In this document: one piece after another, positions 54,305 to 64,000 of the stretch
Layout: each line of letters starts with the position of its first letter
How positions within the stretch are numbered: position 1 is the first letter of the stretch
Source of the DNA: a candidate division Hyd24-12 bacterium UBA6080
GTDB taxonomy: Bacteria; Fermentibacterota; Fermentibacteria; Fermentibacterales; JCC-6
Length of the DNA: 64,000 nt
Assembly (NCBI GenBank): GCA_002436025.1
Contig: DIXM01000002.1
Coordinates: 245,659-309,658 of the forward strand
Reading direction: 5' to 3'
Position numbers and translations under genes: made by a program
The notes under the pieces: model-generated
Told to the model about the DNA's origin: nothing
Seen by the model: only the letters and a program-made list of their open reading frames with translations
Database searches by the model: none

Positions 54305-57112
54305 ATGAGTGCCATCGTCCTTCTTCTGTCTGTCGCGGCGTCCATTGCCGTAAGGGTGGGATATGAAGAGAACCCGCCCATGGCCTTCACCAACCCTTCC
54401 GGTGAACCGGACGGTTTTTACGTCGAGCTGGTGAACCACATCGCGCAGTCCGAGGACTGGAAGCTTCAGTTCGTGCCGGGGGAGTGGTCCGAGCTGCTTG
54501 AGTGGCTTGAAAGCGGCGAGATCGACCTTCTGCTATCAATTGCCATGACGCCGGCCCGGAGGGAGCTCTTTCTCTTCACCGAGAACAGCGCTTATTCCGG
54601 GTGGTCCACGGTGGCGGTCAAGCGTTCGGGAAGGTTCGGCTCGATGGCCGAGCTCGAAGGCGCGACCATTGCGATGATCCACGACGACATCCACTCCATG
54701 ACGTTCCTGGAACTCGTGGATAGGCTTGGCGTTGCAGTGACGCCGCTCTGGGTCTCCAATTTTCACGGGGCGATGCAGGCCGTGGCCGACGGCATGGCAG
54801 ACGGCGCAGCGGTCCCGTGGCACGCCGTGGCTTTCTTCGGGCCGGATATGGGCCTTGAGGGGTCTCCTGTGGTGTGGAACCCCGTTCAGACAAGTATAGC
54901 GGGCAACCTTATGACGGCGGCGCCGCTCATCGCCGCGATAGACGGTCATCTTACGGCATTGAAGGCCGATGACGAATCCATCTATTATGCCCTCAGGAGC
55001 AAGTGGGTCTTCCCCGATACCGATTCCCATCACCGTTTGCTGCTTGTCATACTGGGTGTGCTGGCCCTGTCGGGCGTTGTCATCATTTTCGTAAGCAATT
55101 TGAGGTTGAGCCGGGAGGTCAGGAAGAAAAATCGCGCCCTCAGGGTTAATTCCACGCTTGCCACCGTAGCCGGTGCCGTAAACGAGGCGGATTCACTCGA
55201 CGAACTGTGCAGCAGACTCGTGGGCGCCCTGGCCGACGTGATGGAAACCTCGAACCTGTTCGTCGCTGTGTATGTCCCGGAAAGGGACGTGTTCCGCATC
55301 CCGAAAATTCTTGACAGGTTCGACGACTACACCGAGATCGACAACCCCGGGTCACTGACCCACAACGTGTTCCGCTCCAACGCTGCCGTGAGGTGGAACC
55401 GGGAAGAGATAAGCGCCTACTACCGCCGGACCGGCGGCGTACAGGTGGGAACGCCTGCCGAGCAGTGGCTGGGTGTCCCCCTCAGGGCAGGGAAGGAACC
55501 GGTGGGCGTCGTGGCCGTTCAGAGCTACGAGAGGGCGGACCAGTTCACTCAGGCTGATCAGGAACTTCTGGAGAGCGTGGGCGCACAGCTTGGCAACGCA
55601 ATACTCCGCATGAGGGCCATCGAGGAACTCACCGCCTCCAGGGGGCGGCTCTCAAGGTTGATGGCTGCGGACCCTTCAGCTATCCTGCTTCTCGACGAAA
55701 AGGGTGTCGTGCAGGACTGCAACCCACAGGCACGGGATATCCTGGGCTGCGGCTGCAACGAGCTCATGGGCCTTGACTTCTACGGTTTTCTGAGTCAGGG
55801 CGCCGAACGGATGCGGTGTTTCCTTGACCCGGACTCTCCGGACGAGGACTTCCGGTTCGCCGGGCAGGTGTCAAAGCCTGATGGGACGGGCTTCCCTTTC
55901 GAGGCCAGGGGTTCCGTTTTCGAGGAATCAGGCAGAAGGCTCTACTTCGTTGGTATTCAGGACGCCACCCGAAAGCTCGCCCTCGAGGCCGAAGCCGCCC
56001 GGAACGAGAGGCTGGAGTCGGTCGGTGTTCTGGCAGGTGGCATCGCCCACGACTTCAACAACATCCTGACCGGTGTGCTTGCAAACCTCAGCCTTCTGAA
56101 AAGGGAGAAACCCGGATCGAAGAGGTTCAGGACCTTCGCGGAGGACGCCGAGAAAGCCGCCCTCAGCGCCAGGCACCTGACCAACCAGCTCCTCACGTTC
56201 GCCCAGGGGGGCGCTCCGGTCAAAAGGGCGGTTCATACGGCCGAACTGCTTGAACAGGCCACGAGGTTCCTTCTTCGGGGGTCGGGAGTGTCCTTCTCCA
56301 TCGAGTCGGACAGCGACCTCTGGAATCTCGAGGCCGACCCAGGTCAGTTCTCGCAGGTGGTGAGCAACCTTGTTTTGAACGCGAAGCAGGCGATGAACGA
56401 TGCCGGAAGCCTCAGTGTTTTCGCAAGGAATGCAACGCTGAAGGCCACTGACGAGGAGGGGTTGCCTTCGGGAAGGTACGTGAGGATCCTCTTTCACGAT
56501 TCCGGCCCCGGGATTCCAAGAAAGATAGCTGACAAGGTCTTCGACCCCTACTTCACCACCCGGGAAAAGGGGCATGGGCTTGGTCTCACGACCAGCCACT
56601 CCATAGTCGTCAGACACGGGGGGCGCATCCGGATACTGCCGTCCGCCAAAGGGGCGCTCTTCGAAGTGCTGATGCCCGCCGCCCTTGCAGGCACTCTGTT
56701 GCCCGCACGCATTGCCGGGATCCCGGCAGAACACACAGAAAAGATACTTGTCCTCGACGACGAGGAGATAGTGCGTACCGCCGCGAGCAACCTGCTCGGC
56801 GCCCTGGGATGCACGGTTGACGAGGCCTCTGACGGCGCCACCGCCATCGCAATGTACCAGAGCGCCCTTGATGACGGCCGCAGGTACGATGCCGTTATCA
56901 TGGACCTCACGATTCCCGGAGGGATTGGCGGTGAGCAGGCCGTTCGCGAGGTGCTGGCCATAGATCCCGACGCCAGGGTGATAGTCTCAAGCGGTTACGC
57001 CGGCAACAGCATAATGGCCAACTACCGCGACTTCGGGTTCAGTGGCGTTCTGAGCAAGCCCTATACCCTTTCAGAGCTCTCCGATGTGATCCGAAGGGTC
57101 GTCGATGACTAA
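54305..57112 (+). CDS. Hybrid sensor histidine kinase/response regulator (periplasmic solute-binding-like domain, TM, GAF, PAS, HisKA-HATPase, REC)
   Basis: H-box GGIAHDFNNILTGV. G-boxes. A C-terminal REC domain (LVLDDEEIV...DAVIMDLTIPGG). The start could also be the TTG at 54287. Confidence 0.8.
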   Translation: MSAIVLLLSVAASIAVRVGYEENPPMAFTNPSGEPDGFYVELVNHIAQSEDWKLQFVPGEWSELLEWLESGEIDLLLSIAMTPARRELFLFTENSAYSGWSTVAVKRSGRFGSMAELEGATIAMIHDDIHSMTFLELVDRLGVAVTPLWVSNFHGAMQAVADGMADGAAVPWHAVAFFGPDMGLEGSPVVWNPVQTSIAGNLMTAAPLIAAIDGHLTALKADDESIYYALRSKWVFPDTDSHHRLLLVILGVLALSGVVIIFVSNLRLSREVRKKNRALRVNSTLATVAGAVNEADSLDELCSRLVGALADVMETSNLFVAVYVPERDVFRIPKILDRFDDYTEIDNPGSLTHNVFRSNAAVRWNREEISAYYRRTGGVQVGTPAEQWLGVPLRAGKEPVGVVAVQSYERADQFTQADQELLESVGAQLGNAILRMRAIEELTASRGRLSRLMAADPSAILLLDEKGVVQDCNPQARDILGCGCNELMGLDFYGFLSQGAERMRCFLDPDSPDEDFRFAGQVSKPDGTGFPFEARGSVFEESGRRLYFVGIQDATRKLALEAEAARNERLESVGVLAGGIAHDFNNILTGVLANLSLLKREKPGSKRFRTFAEDAEKAALSARHLTNQLLTFAQGGAPVKRAVHTAELLEQATRFLLRGSGVSFSIESDSDLWNLEADPGQFSQVVSNLVLNAKQAMNDAGSLSVFARNATLKATDEEGLPSGRYVRILFHDSGPGIPRKIADKVFDPYFTTREKGHGLGLTTSHSIVVRHGGRIRILPSAKGALFEVLMPAALAGTLLPARIAGIPAEHTEKILVLDDEEIVRTAASNLLGALGCTVDEASDGATAIAMYQSALDDGRRYDAVIMDLTIPGGIGGEQAVREVLAIDPDARVIVSSGYAGNSIMANYRDFGFSGVLSKPYTLSELSDVIRRVVDD

Positions 57113-57223
57113 CCGCTTTCGTGGCGCCCTGCATAAGTTCGTGTCGTTCAGTCAGAAAACCTTGAAATGGAACATGATGCCCACTTTCTGTGTATATTGC
57201 AGGTGGAATACAGGGAGGTCTTC

Positions 57224-57610
57224 ATGACTAAAACTCAGGTTCGCTCAAACAGTGCTCCCGCCCCCGTGGGTCCCTACAGCCAGGCCATTCTCACGGAAGG
57301 GTTCGTTTTCGCAAGCGGTCAGCTCGGCATCAACCCAGCTACGGGTGCCATGCCCCCGACGGTGGAGGAGCAGGCCGAACAGGCCCTGAACAATCTCAGG
57401 GCCGTTCTCGAAGCGGGCGGGTCAGCGCTTGACCGGGTCGTCAAAACCACCGTCCTGCTTGCCGACATGAAGGACTTTGCAAAGGTCAACGGCATATATG
57501 CCCGCTATTTCACCGAGCCCTTCCCCGCAAGGGCGGCCTACCAGGTCGCCGGGCTTCCCCTTGGGGGGCTCGTGGAGATAGAGGCAGTGGCCCTTTCCGG
57601 AAGGGACTGA
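57224..57610 (+). CDS. ridA: RidA/YjgF family reactive-intermediate deaminase
   Basis: AGGGAGG RBS. PAPVGPYSQAILTEGFVFASGQLGINPATG. Confidence 0.85.
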   Translation: MTKTQVRSNSAPAPVGPYSQAILTEGFVFASGQLGINPATGAMPPTVEEQAEQALNNLRAVLEAGGSALDRVVKTTVLLADMKDFAKVNGIYARYFTEPFPARAAYQVAGLPLGGLVEIEAVALSGRD

Positions 57611-57611
57611 C

Positions 57612-58280
57612 ATGCTGGGTCTGGTCTGGTCCACGGTTACCGCATCCGACGGTTTCACCAAGTTCATCCTGCTTCTGATACTCGTGTTGTCGCTGGGCGC
57701 TTGGTCGGTGGCCATATCCAAGCTCAGGGAGCTTTCCCGGATAAGCGGGGCTTCGCGAATGTTCATGGAAGCCCTCCGGACTACCGGCCGCCCCCCGGGT
57801 GGTGATTTTTTGAAGAACAGTTCCGAGATGGGGCCCCTGGCCAGGATGTACGCCGAAGCCGGCAGGTATCTTCGCCGCAGAAGCGACCTCGGCCTGACAG
57901 GCCCCCTGACGGCCGAGGAAGTCGCGATCCTTCACGGGGCGCTCGAGAGGGAAGCCAGTGAAGACCTGGCCCAGCGCAGCAGGAACATCGGCTTTCTTGC
58001 CACTGTCACCAGCATCAGCCCCCTTCTCGGGCTTCTTGGAACCGTTTGGGGCGTGCTGGCCAGTTTCATAGGGATGCGGGAGATGGGCTCGGCCGACATA
58101 AGCGCGGTGGGCTCAGGCATCGCCGCAGCCCTGACCACTACAGTGGCAGGGCTTCTCGCCGCCATTCCCGCCAACGTCTTCCACAACTACTCCGTCGGGA
58201 AGGTTGACGACCTTGCTGGAGAGATAGACCGCTTCCTTTCAGAGCTTGTTGACGTGTGCAGAAGGGGCAGCATAACATGA
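57612..58280 (+). CDS. tolQ: MotA/TolQ/ExbB proton-channel family protein
   Basis: 3 TM helices with a conserved C-terminal TM pair. First gene of the tolQ-tolR-tolA-like-tolB-pal-cpoB cluster. Confidence 0.8.
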   Translation: MLGLVWSTVTASDGFTKFILLLILVLSLGAWSVAISKLRELSRISGASRMFMEALRTTGRPPGGDFLKNSSEMGPLARMYAEAGRYLRRRSDLGLTGPLTAEEVAILHGALEREASEDLAQRSRNIGFLATVTSISPLLGLLGTVWGVLASFIGMREMGSADISAVGSGIAAALTTTVAGLLAAIPANVFHNYSVGKVDDLAGEIDRFLSELVDVCRRGSIT

Positions 58281-58690
58281 TCCGCCCCAGATACCGGCAG
58301 CTCTCGACCATCAACGTAACGAACCTCGTTGACGTCACTTTCGTCCTGCTGGTGATCTTCATGCTGAGCGCCCCTGTGATCCATCGCAGCGCGGATGTCA
58401 GGCCCCCTTCCACCGATCAGGGGCGCATCCTGAACCGGCTTGACCCCGGAACATCCCTTCTGGTCGAGATCGATGCCCTTGGTAACATCACCGTGGCCGG
58501 CGAGCCCGTGGCTCCGGCGGACCTCTCCGGGCTCGCTGCGGCTGCCCTTGAGGGTGGACGCACCGAAGCCTTTGTGAGGGCCGACGGTGAAGCCCGCTAC
58601 ACAGTTCTTGCCCTGGCGCTCACCGAGCTGCGCAGGGGTGGCTATGCAAACGTGGGTCTTGTACAGGAGTCCATGAGTGAACAGCCCTGA
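58277..58690 (+). CDS. tolR: ExbD/TolR family protein
   Basis: ATGA overlap. INVTNLVDVTFVLLVIFM single TM. Confidence 0.8.
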   Translation: MIRPRYRQLSTINVTNLVDVTFVLLVIFMLSAPVIHRSADVRPPSTDQGRILNRLDPGTSLLVEIDALGNITVAGEPVAPADLSGLAAAALEGGRTEAFVRADGEARYTVLALALTELRRGGYANVGLVQESMSEQP

Positions 58691-59432
58691 TGCTTTCCGC
58701 AGACCCTCCAGCAGCCCGCCGGTCGTCGACCGGTCGGCCATGGTCATGTCCTTCGGGGTGCACGCGGGGATACTCGTCCTGATCATCCTGACCGGGCTGA
58801 TAATGAACTCCGGCCCAGCGCCCGTCATCATGGGTGGTGGCTCCATGGTTTCGGTCGAGATGGTGGTGCTCGATCCGGAATCGAACCCCGGAAATCCGCA
58901 GACCCTTCCGGCCGAGGTCGAGACAGCCCAGATCGAGGAATCGGTACCGATACCCGAACTGATCCAGGAGATGATGGAGGCCACCGAGGTCGAACCTGTT
59001 GAGATCGAGCCTGTTGAAACCCAGCCCGTCGAAGTGCAACCCGCTGAAACTCAGCCCGCTGAAGTCCAACCCGCCGAGGTGCAGCCCGTACAGACTCAGC
59101 CCGCTGAAGTTCAGCCCTCTGGCCAGTTCGTCACCATAGGTTCCTCGGGAGAGGCGGGAGCGGGAGCGCCCGGACCCGCAAGCTACGAGGGAAGGGTGTT
59201 CGCCGCCATCAGAAGGAATTTCGTAACATCCACCGATCCCCCAAACACGTACCGGATCCATTTCACCGTAAACCTTGACGGTACATACAGGTACGATGTC
59301 GTCAGACAGAGCGGCAACGCTGCCTTCGACAGGGCTGTCGAGCACGCCCTCGAAACGGCCAACATACCTCCGGTGCCTCCGGGTCGAACAAATCCGGTCA
59401 GATTGAGTATAGAGTTTCTGGGTCCCGAGTAG
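58677..59432 (+). CDS. tolA: TolA/TonB-like energy transducer (Pro/Glu-rich repeat linker, TonB_C-like C-terminus)
   Basis: GTG start. N-terminal TM. (QPxEV)n linker. C-terminal ...YEGRVFAAIRRNF...NAAFDRAVEHAL. Confidence 0.7.
   Translation: MNSPDAFRRPSSSPPVVDRSAMVMSFGVHAGILVLIILTGLIMNSGPAPVIMGGGSMVSVEMVVLDPESNPGNPQTLPAEVETAQIEESVPIPELIQEMMEATEVEPVEIEPVETQPVEVQPAETQPAEVQPAEVQPVQTQPAEVQPSGQFVTIGSSGEAGAGAPGPASYEGRVFAAIRRNFVTSTDPPNTYRIHFTVNLDGTYRYDVVRQSGNAAFDRAVEHALETANIPPVPPGRTNPVRLSIEFLGPE
58988..59116 (+). repeat. In-frame 15-nt tandem repeat (about 8 units of CAGCCCGCTGAAGTN) encoding (T/V)QPAEV units in the tolA-like linker
   Basis: The direct repeats are visible in the nucleotide sequence at 58988-59116. 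Confidence 0.7.
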
Positions 59433-59457
59433 TTCAGGGGCGTGAGGGGAGAAACCT

Positions 59458-60633
59458 TTGAAATTGCTTGTCCTTATCCTTGCGATACCGGTCTGCCTTC
59501 AGGCCGCCGAATTCCTTCCCATGACACCAATAGGCGCCCAGTGCCTTCCAGTGAGCGTTCGTGTGGAGGGGTTGGGCGAGGGAGCGGTAACCGTCCGCGA
59601 TCAGCTTGTGTTCGACATCGACTTTTCGGGCCTTCTCATAACCGTCCCCGAGAACGAGGCTTTCGTGAAGCTTTCAGCCAGGGTCTCGGGTAGCGACGGG
59701 AACTGGAATATCTCCGCCAGGGCCGAAGCCGAGGGGGAAGGGGTGCTCGTGAAGGAGTACCAGGGTTCCTCGCTTCACGACATGGTGCACAGCCTTTCGG
59801 ATGACCTGGTGTTCGCCCTCACGGGTGAACAGGGGATCGCCTCCACAAGAATCGCCTACATAGTCCGGGGGGGCGAGGAGTGGAGGCTTGTCGTTAAAAC
59901 CCTCGATCCCAGGCCATCAGCCACCATCATGCGGGACGCGCAGGTTCTGACCACCCCCGCGTGGAGCCCACTGGGCGATCGCATCGCCTTCACTTCCTAC
60001 AGGGCCGGAACGGGCGACATCTACACCTATTCGTTCGCTTCGGGCTCGGCATCACGGATCATTTCGGGCGGGGTGAACACCGCTCCCGCCTGGAGCCCGA
60101 ACGGAAGCCAGCTCGCATTCACCCGTTCCGAGAACGGAAGCTCCGACCTTTGGCTGTACAGCGTTTCGGGCGGCAGCTCCACCCCCCTCACGGCCAGAAG
60201 CAGCATCGAGACATCGGCCAGCTTCTCCCCCAACGGGCTTCAGTTGATCTTCACCAGCGACCGGGTGGGCTATCCCCAGCTCTACTGGATGAGCGCCTCG
60301 GGCGGGAGCGCGGAGAGGGCGGGATTTTCCCACGGTTACTGCGACAGCCCTGCGTGGTCGCCCCGGGGCGACAAGATAGCCTACTGCGCAAGGGCCGGAA
60401 GCGGGTTTCACATCTTCGTGATGAACTCGGACGGAACCGAGATAAGGCAGGTGACCACCCGGGGAACCCTCAACGAAGACCCCGTATGGTCGCCCACCGG
60501 GCGCCACCTTGCCTTTTCCAGCGACATGGATGGCATGAGGAACATATACATGATGGAGTTGAACAGTTTGAAGGTTCACAGGCTCTCCACCGGCGGAGAG
60601 AGTTACTGCCCGGCGTGGTCGCCGGTGCGTTAG
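59458..60633 (+). CDS. tolB: Tol-Pal system beta-propeller protein TolB
   Basis: Signal peptide. Repeated ...P.WSP.G..IAF.S.R.G..DIY beta-propeller blades. Confidence 0.85.
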   Translation: MKLLVLILAIPVCLQAAEFLPMTPIGAQCLPVSVRVEGLGEGAVTVRDQLVFDIDFSGLLITVPENEAFVKLSARVSGSDGNWNISARAEAEGEGVLVKEYQGSSLHDMVHSLSDDLVFALTGEQGIASTRIAYIVRGGEEWRLVVKTLDPRPSATIMRDAQVLTTPAWSPLGDRIAFTSYRAGTGDIYTYSFASGSASRIISGGVNTAPAWSPNGSQLAFTRSENGSSDLWLYSVSGGSSTPLTARSSIETSASFSPNGLQLIFTSDRVGYPQLYWMSASGGSAERAGFSHGYCDSPAWSPRGDKIAYCARAGSGFHIFVMNSDGTEIRQVTTRGTLNEDPVWSPTGRHLAFSSDMDGMRNIYMMELNSLKVHRLSTGGESYCPAWSPVR

Positions 60634-60639
60634 GGAAGG

Positions 60640-61155
60640 ATGGAAGAGATGAAGAAGCTTGCGTTGACGATGGGGTTGATCTCACTTCTTGTCGCCTTTG
60701 CCGGCTGCGGCCGCACGACCGTTATCGAGGACGACGTGGTCGAAAGCGACACCCTTGTCACCGGGGTGTGGGAGGAAGACCCCATGATCGCGCTGAACGC
60801 CGCGCTGGCCAGGCATCAGGAAGCACTTCGCGACGTTTTCTTCGAGTACGACTCCAATGAACTGAGCAGTGCAGCGCTTGAGGCACTGATGTTCGACGCC
60901 GGATACATGATGAGCAACTCGGGTTTCAAGGTGCTTCTTGAAGGCCACTGCGACGAGCGCGGCACCGTTGACTACAACCTTGCCCTGGGTGAGAGGCGCG
61001 CCCAGTCCGTCTACCAGTACCTGGTGAACTACGGCATCCCGGCTTCCAGGCTCACGACGGTCAGCTATGGCAAGGAAAGGCCCTTCGCCAGTGGTTCCAC
61101 CGAGTACGCCTTCTCCCAGAACCGCAGGGTTCACCTGCGGGTGATGCCGGAGTAG
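60640..61155 (+). CDS. pal: Peptidoglycan-associated lipoprotein (OmpA-like)
   Basis: Lipobox LVAFAGCG. OmpA-like domain FEYDSNEL...LEGHCDERGTVDYNLALGERRA. Confidence 0.88.
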   Translation: MEEMKKLALTMGLISLLVAFAGCGRTTVIEDDVVESDTLVTGVWEEDPMIALNAALARHQEALRDVFFEYDSNELSSAALEALMFDAGYMMSNSGFKVLLEGHCDERGTVDYNLALGERRAQSVYQYLVNYGIPASRLTTVSYGKERPFASGSTEYAFSQNRRVHLRVMPE

Positions 61156-61160
61156 TCCAG

Positions 61161-61832
61161 ATGAAACGGGGGGCCCTTTACACGGTCTTTCTCTTGCCGC
61201 TTTTTTGCGGGTGCTGGCTCTCCACATGGTCCAAGGCGCCGGGCAGGGTCGAGAAACTCGAGGTATCCCAGGAGGAGATGAGGGTCGATGTCGATTCCAT
61301 CGCTGCCGGGGTCGAGAGAAACCAGCATCTGCTCCGGGGGATCCAGGCTCAGGCCGGAATGCGCGACTCTGGAGCAGCCCAGCAACTGTCCGAGATGGTG
61401 AGCCAGCTCGAGGCGGCTCTTGCCAGGTTCACCCAGGCCCGGGTGGGACAGGACGAAGAGGCCGGGGCTGCCGAGCCCATTTACGAAGACGCCTTCAGGC
61501 AGTATCAGCAGGGCGATTACACAAGGGCTGCCCAGGGCTTCAGGCAGGTGTTCTCCGAATACCCCAGAAGCGTACTGGCGGACGACGCGCTATACTTCGC
61601 CGCCCTCTGCAACCAGGCACTCGGAGAGCCCCACCGGGCCATCGAGGAGCTGGTGGCCGTCTATTTCATGTACCCGTCGGGGGACAGGACCGCATCGGCC
61701 CTGGCCAGGGCGGCGGCCATCTACGCACTGCACACCGCCGAAACCGAGAGGGACAGGCTTGAAGCGATCATTCTCCAGGAATACCCCCAGAGTGACGAGG
61801 CCAGACTGATCCGTCAGCGCACCGGAAGGTAG
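61161..61832 (+). CDS. cpoB: Tol-Pal associated TPR protein CpoB/YbgF-like
   Basis: Signal/lipobox. Coiled-coil N-terminus. C-terminal TPR (YEDAFRQYQQGDYTRAAQGF...). Confidence 0.65.
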   Translation: MKRGALYTVFLLPLFCGCWLSTWSKAPGRVEKLEVSQEEMRVDVDSIAAGVERNQHLLRGIQAQAGMRDSGAAQQLSEMVSQLEAALARFTQARVGQDEEAGAAEPIYEDAFRQYQQGDYTRAAQGFRQVFSEYPRSVLADDALYFAALCNQALGEPHRAIEELVAVYFMYPSGDRTASALARAAAIYALHTAETERDRLEAIILQEYPQSDEARLIRQRTGR

Positions 61833-61940
61833 CGGCGATCTTACAAATCCGGCATATTTGCCGGTCAGAGCATGTGCTGCCCGGGGTCCCCTCCCGGGCA
61901 GCAGTAGTCATTGAACGCAACACCCAAGAGTGGAAATCAA

Positions 61941-63194
61941 ATGTCTTACAATGTCACAACGGATGAATCCGGCAGAAAAACCGTCAGTTTTCACATGGAT
62001 GCCGAGGGAGTGGACAGGCTCTTTCGGGAAGTCAGGCGTGAGATACAGAAGGACATCGTCGTTCCCGGGTTCAGGAAGGGCAAGATACCTTCGTCCATCC
62101 TGAAGCAGAAGTTCGGAAACCTGATACTCTCCGAGGTTGCTGAGAAAGCCCACCGTGAGATGTCCGACGTTCTTTTCGAGGAGAACGACTGGATCCTCTC
62201 CGACGCCGAACCCGAGTTCAAGCCGGTCCTGCCTGCTGAGGGCCGCGACTACGACTACGAGGTCACCTACACTCTCTTCGAGACGCCGGCTCCCACCGGG
62301 ATCAGGGGCATTTCCATTGCCGTTCCCGGCTTTGACGAGGACAAGGCCCTCGAGGAAGCCCTTTCAGAGATCCGCAACCGGTTCGTCTCATTTGAGCATG
62401 TGGAACGGGCAGCGGAGGAAGGAGACCTCGTTGTTGTCGAGTACCCTTCGCGCGAGGCGGGGGAACCCCGGCGCGCGGCGGTTGTCATAGGCAGGGAGAA
62501 CATGGGGCCGGGTTTCGACGAGCTCCTTCCCGGCCTTTCCACGGGAGCCAGGTTCTCGGCCCGAATGGATTTCCCGGGGCTCGAAGAGGAGCCCCCGGCC
62601 ACTGAATTTGCCGTCGTGGAGGTGAGGGAACCCAAAACCCCCGAGCTTGACGACGATTTCGCGAAAACCGCCGGCGGGTTCGAAAGCATGGAACAGCTCA
62701 GGCAGAAACTGCGCGAGAATATCAGCGAGAAGCATAAGGCCGAGCGCCGGTCGTTCGTTGAGTCCGTGGCACTGGACAGCCTGCTTTCATCCAACGTGTT
62801 CGATCCGCCCGCGTTCATGGTTGACAACCTTGCCCGTGACTACGCAAAACGTCTCGAAGACGGCGAATCGACCCCGGAAACCGAGAAGACGATCAGGGAG
62901 CTGGCCGAACGCAAGGTCCGGGAATTCCTGATACTCCGGCAGATAGCCATAGTCGAAGGCATACCGTTGTCACAGGAAGAGATACAGAAAGAGGCCGCGG
63001 GTGGCTCTGCCTCTTCGGCGCTCGACCGGCTTCGCAACGAGAGGGCTTTGGAACTCGTGATCTCGAGCGCAGTTGAAACCGTTGCGGAACCTCAGGCAGA
63101 ACATCCGGATAATCATGATGAGCCCGGGGCTTCATGGAAGTGGGTCGCGGTTACCGAAATGCCCGGCAAGGAGAAGGAGAAGGAGGGTCAGTGA
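61941..63194 (+). CDS. tig: Trigger factor
   Basis: PGFRKGKIP ribosome-binding signature. PPIase and C-terminal domains. Start at the internal ATG (MSYNVT...). Confidence 0.85.
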   Translation: MSYNVTTDESGRKTVSFHMDAEGVDRLFREVRREIQKDIVVPGFRKGKIPSSILKQKFGNLILSEVAEKAHREMSDVLFEENDWILSDAEPEFKPVLPAEGRDYDYEVTYTLFETPAPTGIRGISIAVPGFDEDKALEEALSEIRNRFVSFEHVERAAEEGDLVVVEYPSREAGEPRRAAVVIGRENMGPGFDELLPGLSTGARFSARMDFPGLEEEPPATEFAVVEVREPKTPELDDDFAKTAGGFESMEQLRQKLRENISEKHKAERRSFVESVALDSLLSSNVFDPPAFMVDNLARDYAKRLEDGESTPETEKTIRELAERKVREFLILRQIAIVEGIPLSQEEIQKEAAGGSASSALDRLRNERALELVISSAVETVAEPQAEHPDNHDEPGASWKWVAVTEMPGKEKEKEGQ

Positions 63195-63781
63195 TGTCTT
63201 CCGTGATTCCCTTCGTCGTTGAGAGGGATGGGAACTATGAGCGCTCGTACGACATCTATTCAAGGCTGCTTAAAGACCGCATAGTTTTCATCGGTGATGT
63301 CATTTCTCCGCAGACGGCGGGTCTTGTCGTCGCTCAGCTCCTTTTCCTTGAGGGCCAGGATCCCAAGAAAGACATCAACATGTACATTCACAGCCCGGGA
63401 GGCTCGGTCTCCGCGGGACTCGCGATCTTCGACACCATGAGGTTCATAAGGCCCGACATCGCCACGTTCTGCATGGGAAGCGCCGCAAGCATGGCTTCAG
63501 TGCTTCTGGCCGCGGGCGCGAAGGGCAAGAGGAACATCCTGCCCCACGCCAGGGTGATGATCCATCAACCCAGCGGCGGCGTGAGGGGGCAGGCCAGCGA
63601 CATCGAGATCGAAGCCCGTGAGATCCTGAAGATACGGGAGGAGATGAACATCATCCTGGCGGAATGCACCGGACAACCCATAGGGAAGATAGCGCAGGAC
63701 ACCGACAGGAACTTCTGGATGAACGCCGCCGAGTCGGTCGGGTACGGCATCGTTGACAACATTCTTGACAAGAGGGTGTAA
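63194..63781 (+). CDS. clpP: ATP-dependent Clp protease proteolytic subunit
   Basis: TGATG overlap with tig. Ser-His-Asp context ([19 protein letters not shown]). Confidence 0.92.
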   Translation: MSSVIPFVVERDGNYERSYDIYSRLLKDRIVFIGDVISPQTAGLVVAQLLFLEGQDPKKDINMYIHSPGGSVSAGLAIFDTMRFIRPDIATFCMGSAASMASVLLAAGAKGKRNILPHARVMIHQPSGGVRGQASDIEIEAREILKIREEMNIILAECTGQPIGKIAQDTDRNFWMNAAESVGYGIVDNILDKRV

Positions 63782-63783
63782 CA

Positions 63784-64000
63784 ATGCCGAAGGAGAACCG
63801 CTGTTCCTTCTGCAACAGGGCGTCGGGTGAGGTCAACCAGCTCATCCAGGGGCCGGGGGTCTTCATCTGTGACGACTGCGTAAGGTATTGCAGCGAGATA
63901 ATCGTTGAAACACCGGGAAAGCCCGAGGAGAAGTCCGTCCCCGGCCTTTTTCGCAAGGGACTTCCGTCACCCCGTGAGATAAAGGAACAGCTCGACCAGT
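63784..64000 (+). CDS. clpX: ATP-dependent Clp protease ATP-binding subunit ClpX (3' partial)
   Basis: N-terminal C4 zinc-binding domain CSFC...CDDC. Runs off the window end. Confidence 0.9.
   Translation, partial: MPKENRCSFCNRASGEVNQLIQGPGVFICDDCVRYCSEIIVETPGKPEEKSVPGLFRKGLPSPREIKEQLDQ

Overview
GC-rich bacterial window (GC not computed). Its backbone is an almost complete transcription/translation super-operon. From the start: tuf (5' partial), rpmG, tRNA-Trp, secE, nusG, rplKAJL, rpoB, rpoC, rpsL, rpsG. Later come fusA, then the S10/spc/alpha ribosomal operons (rpsJ through rplQ), with pfkA and a NUDIX gene appended. The last 16 kb hold aqpZ, a GNAT, an M28 peptidase, a 7TM-PAS sensor, mscL, a hybrid histidine kinase, ridA, the Tol-Pal cluster (tolQ-tolR-tolA-like-tolB-pal-cpoB), tig, clpP and clpX (3' partial).

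The conserved rpsG-fusA-rpsJ linkage is broken twice by accessory DNA, at 14.09-23.86 kb and at 25.9-32.67 kb.

The most unusual structure lies directly after the rpsG stop codon. A ~2.2 kb segment (14088-16285) is bounded by inverted copies of a ~27-30 nt motif (AATTGGGGGACACMATACTWRATTATC). A third complete copy sits inside it. Two of the copies form perfect 12-13 bp terminal-stem palindromes, which resembles MITE/PATE-like elements. The segment carries two outward-facing two-gene cassettes. One holds a prepilin-type pilin plus a membrane protein. The other holds a secreted protein split by a T6 homopolymer frameshift plus a zinc-ribbon/bactofilin-like mini-protein. No transposase or recombinase gene is present in the window.

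Between that element and fusA are two divergent, tightly coupled five-gene operons, each led by a DOMON-domain lipoprotein paralog. They include a radical SAM/SPASM enzyme, a GGCT-like enzyme, an FMN reductase, an OM beta-barrel, an HI0933-type flavoprotein and an OFA-family MFS transporter. Two enzyme genes (the radical SAM and an M20 amidohydrolase) have no canonical start codon before their conserved N-termini; in both, that N-terminus begins at a CTG overlapping the upstream ORF's TGA (CTGA junction).

Other oddities are listed as findings.

Lineage hints: a T9SS-type C-terminal sorting domain alongside sigma70-like TTGACA promoters, so possibly the FCB superphylum, but this is not resolved. 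Near 39001-39180 my reading of the text is offset by 1 nt from the ORF track; the ORF-track coordinates are used there.
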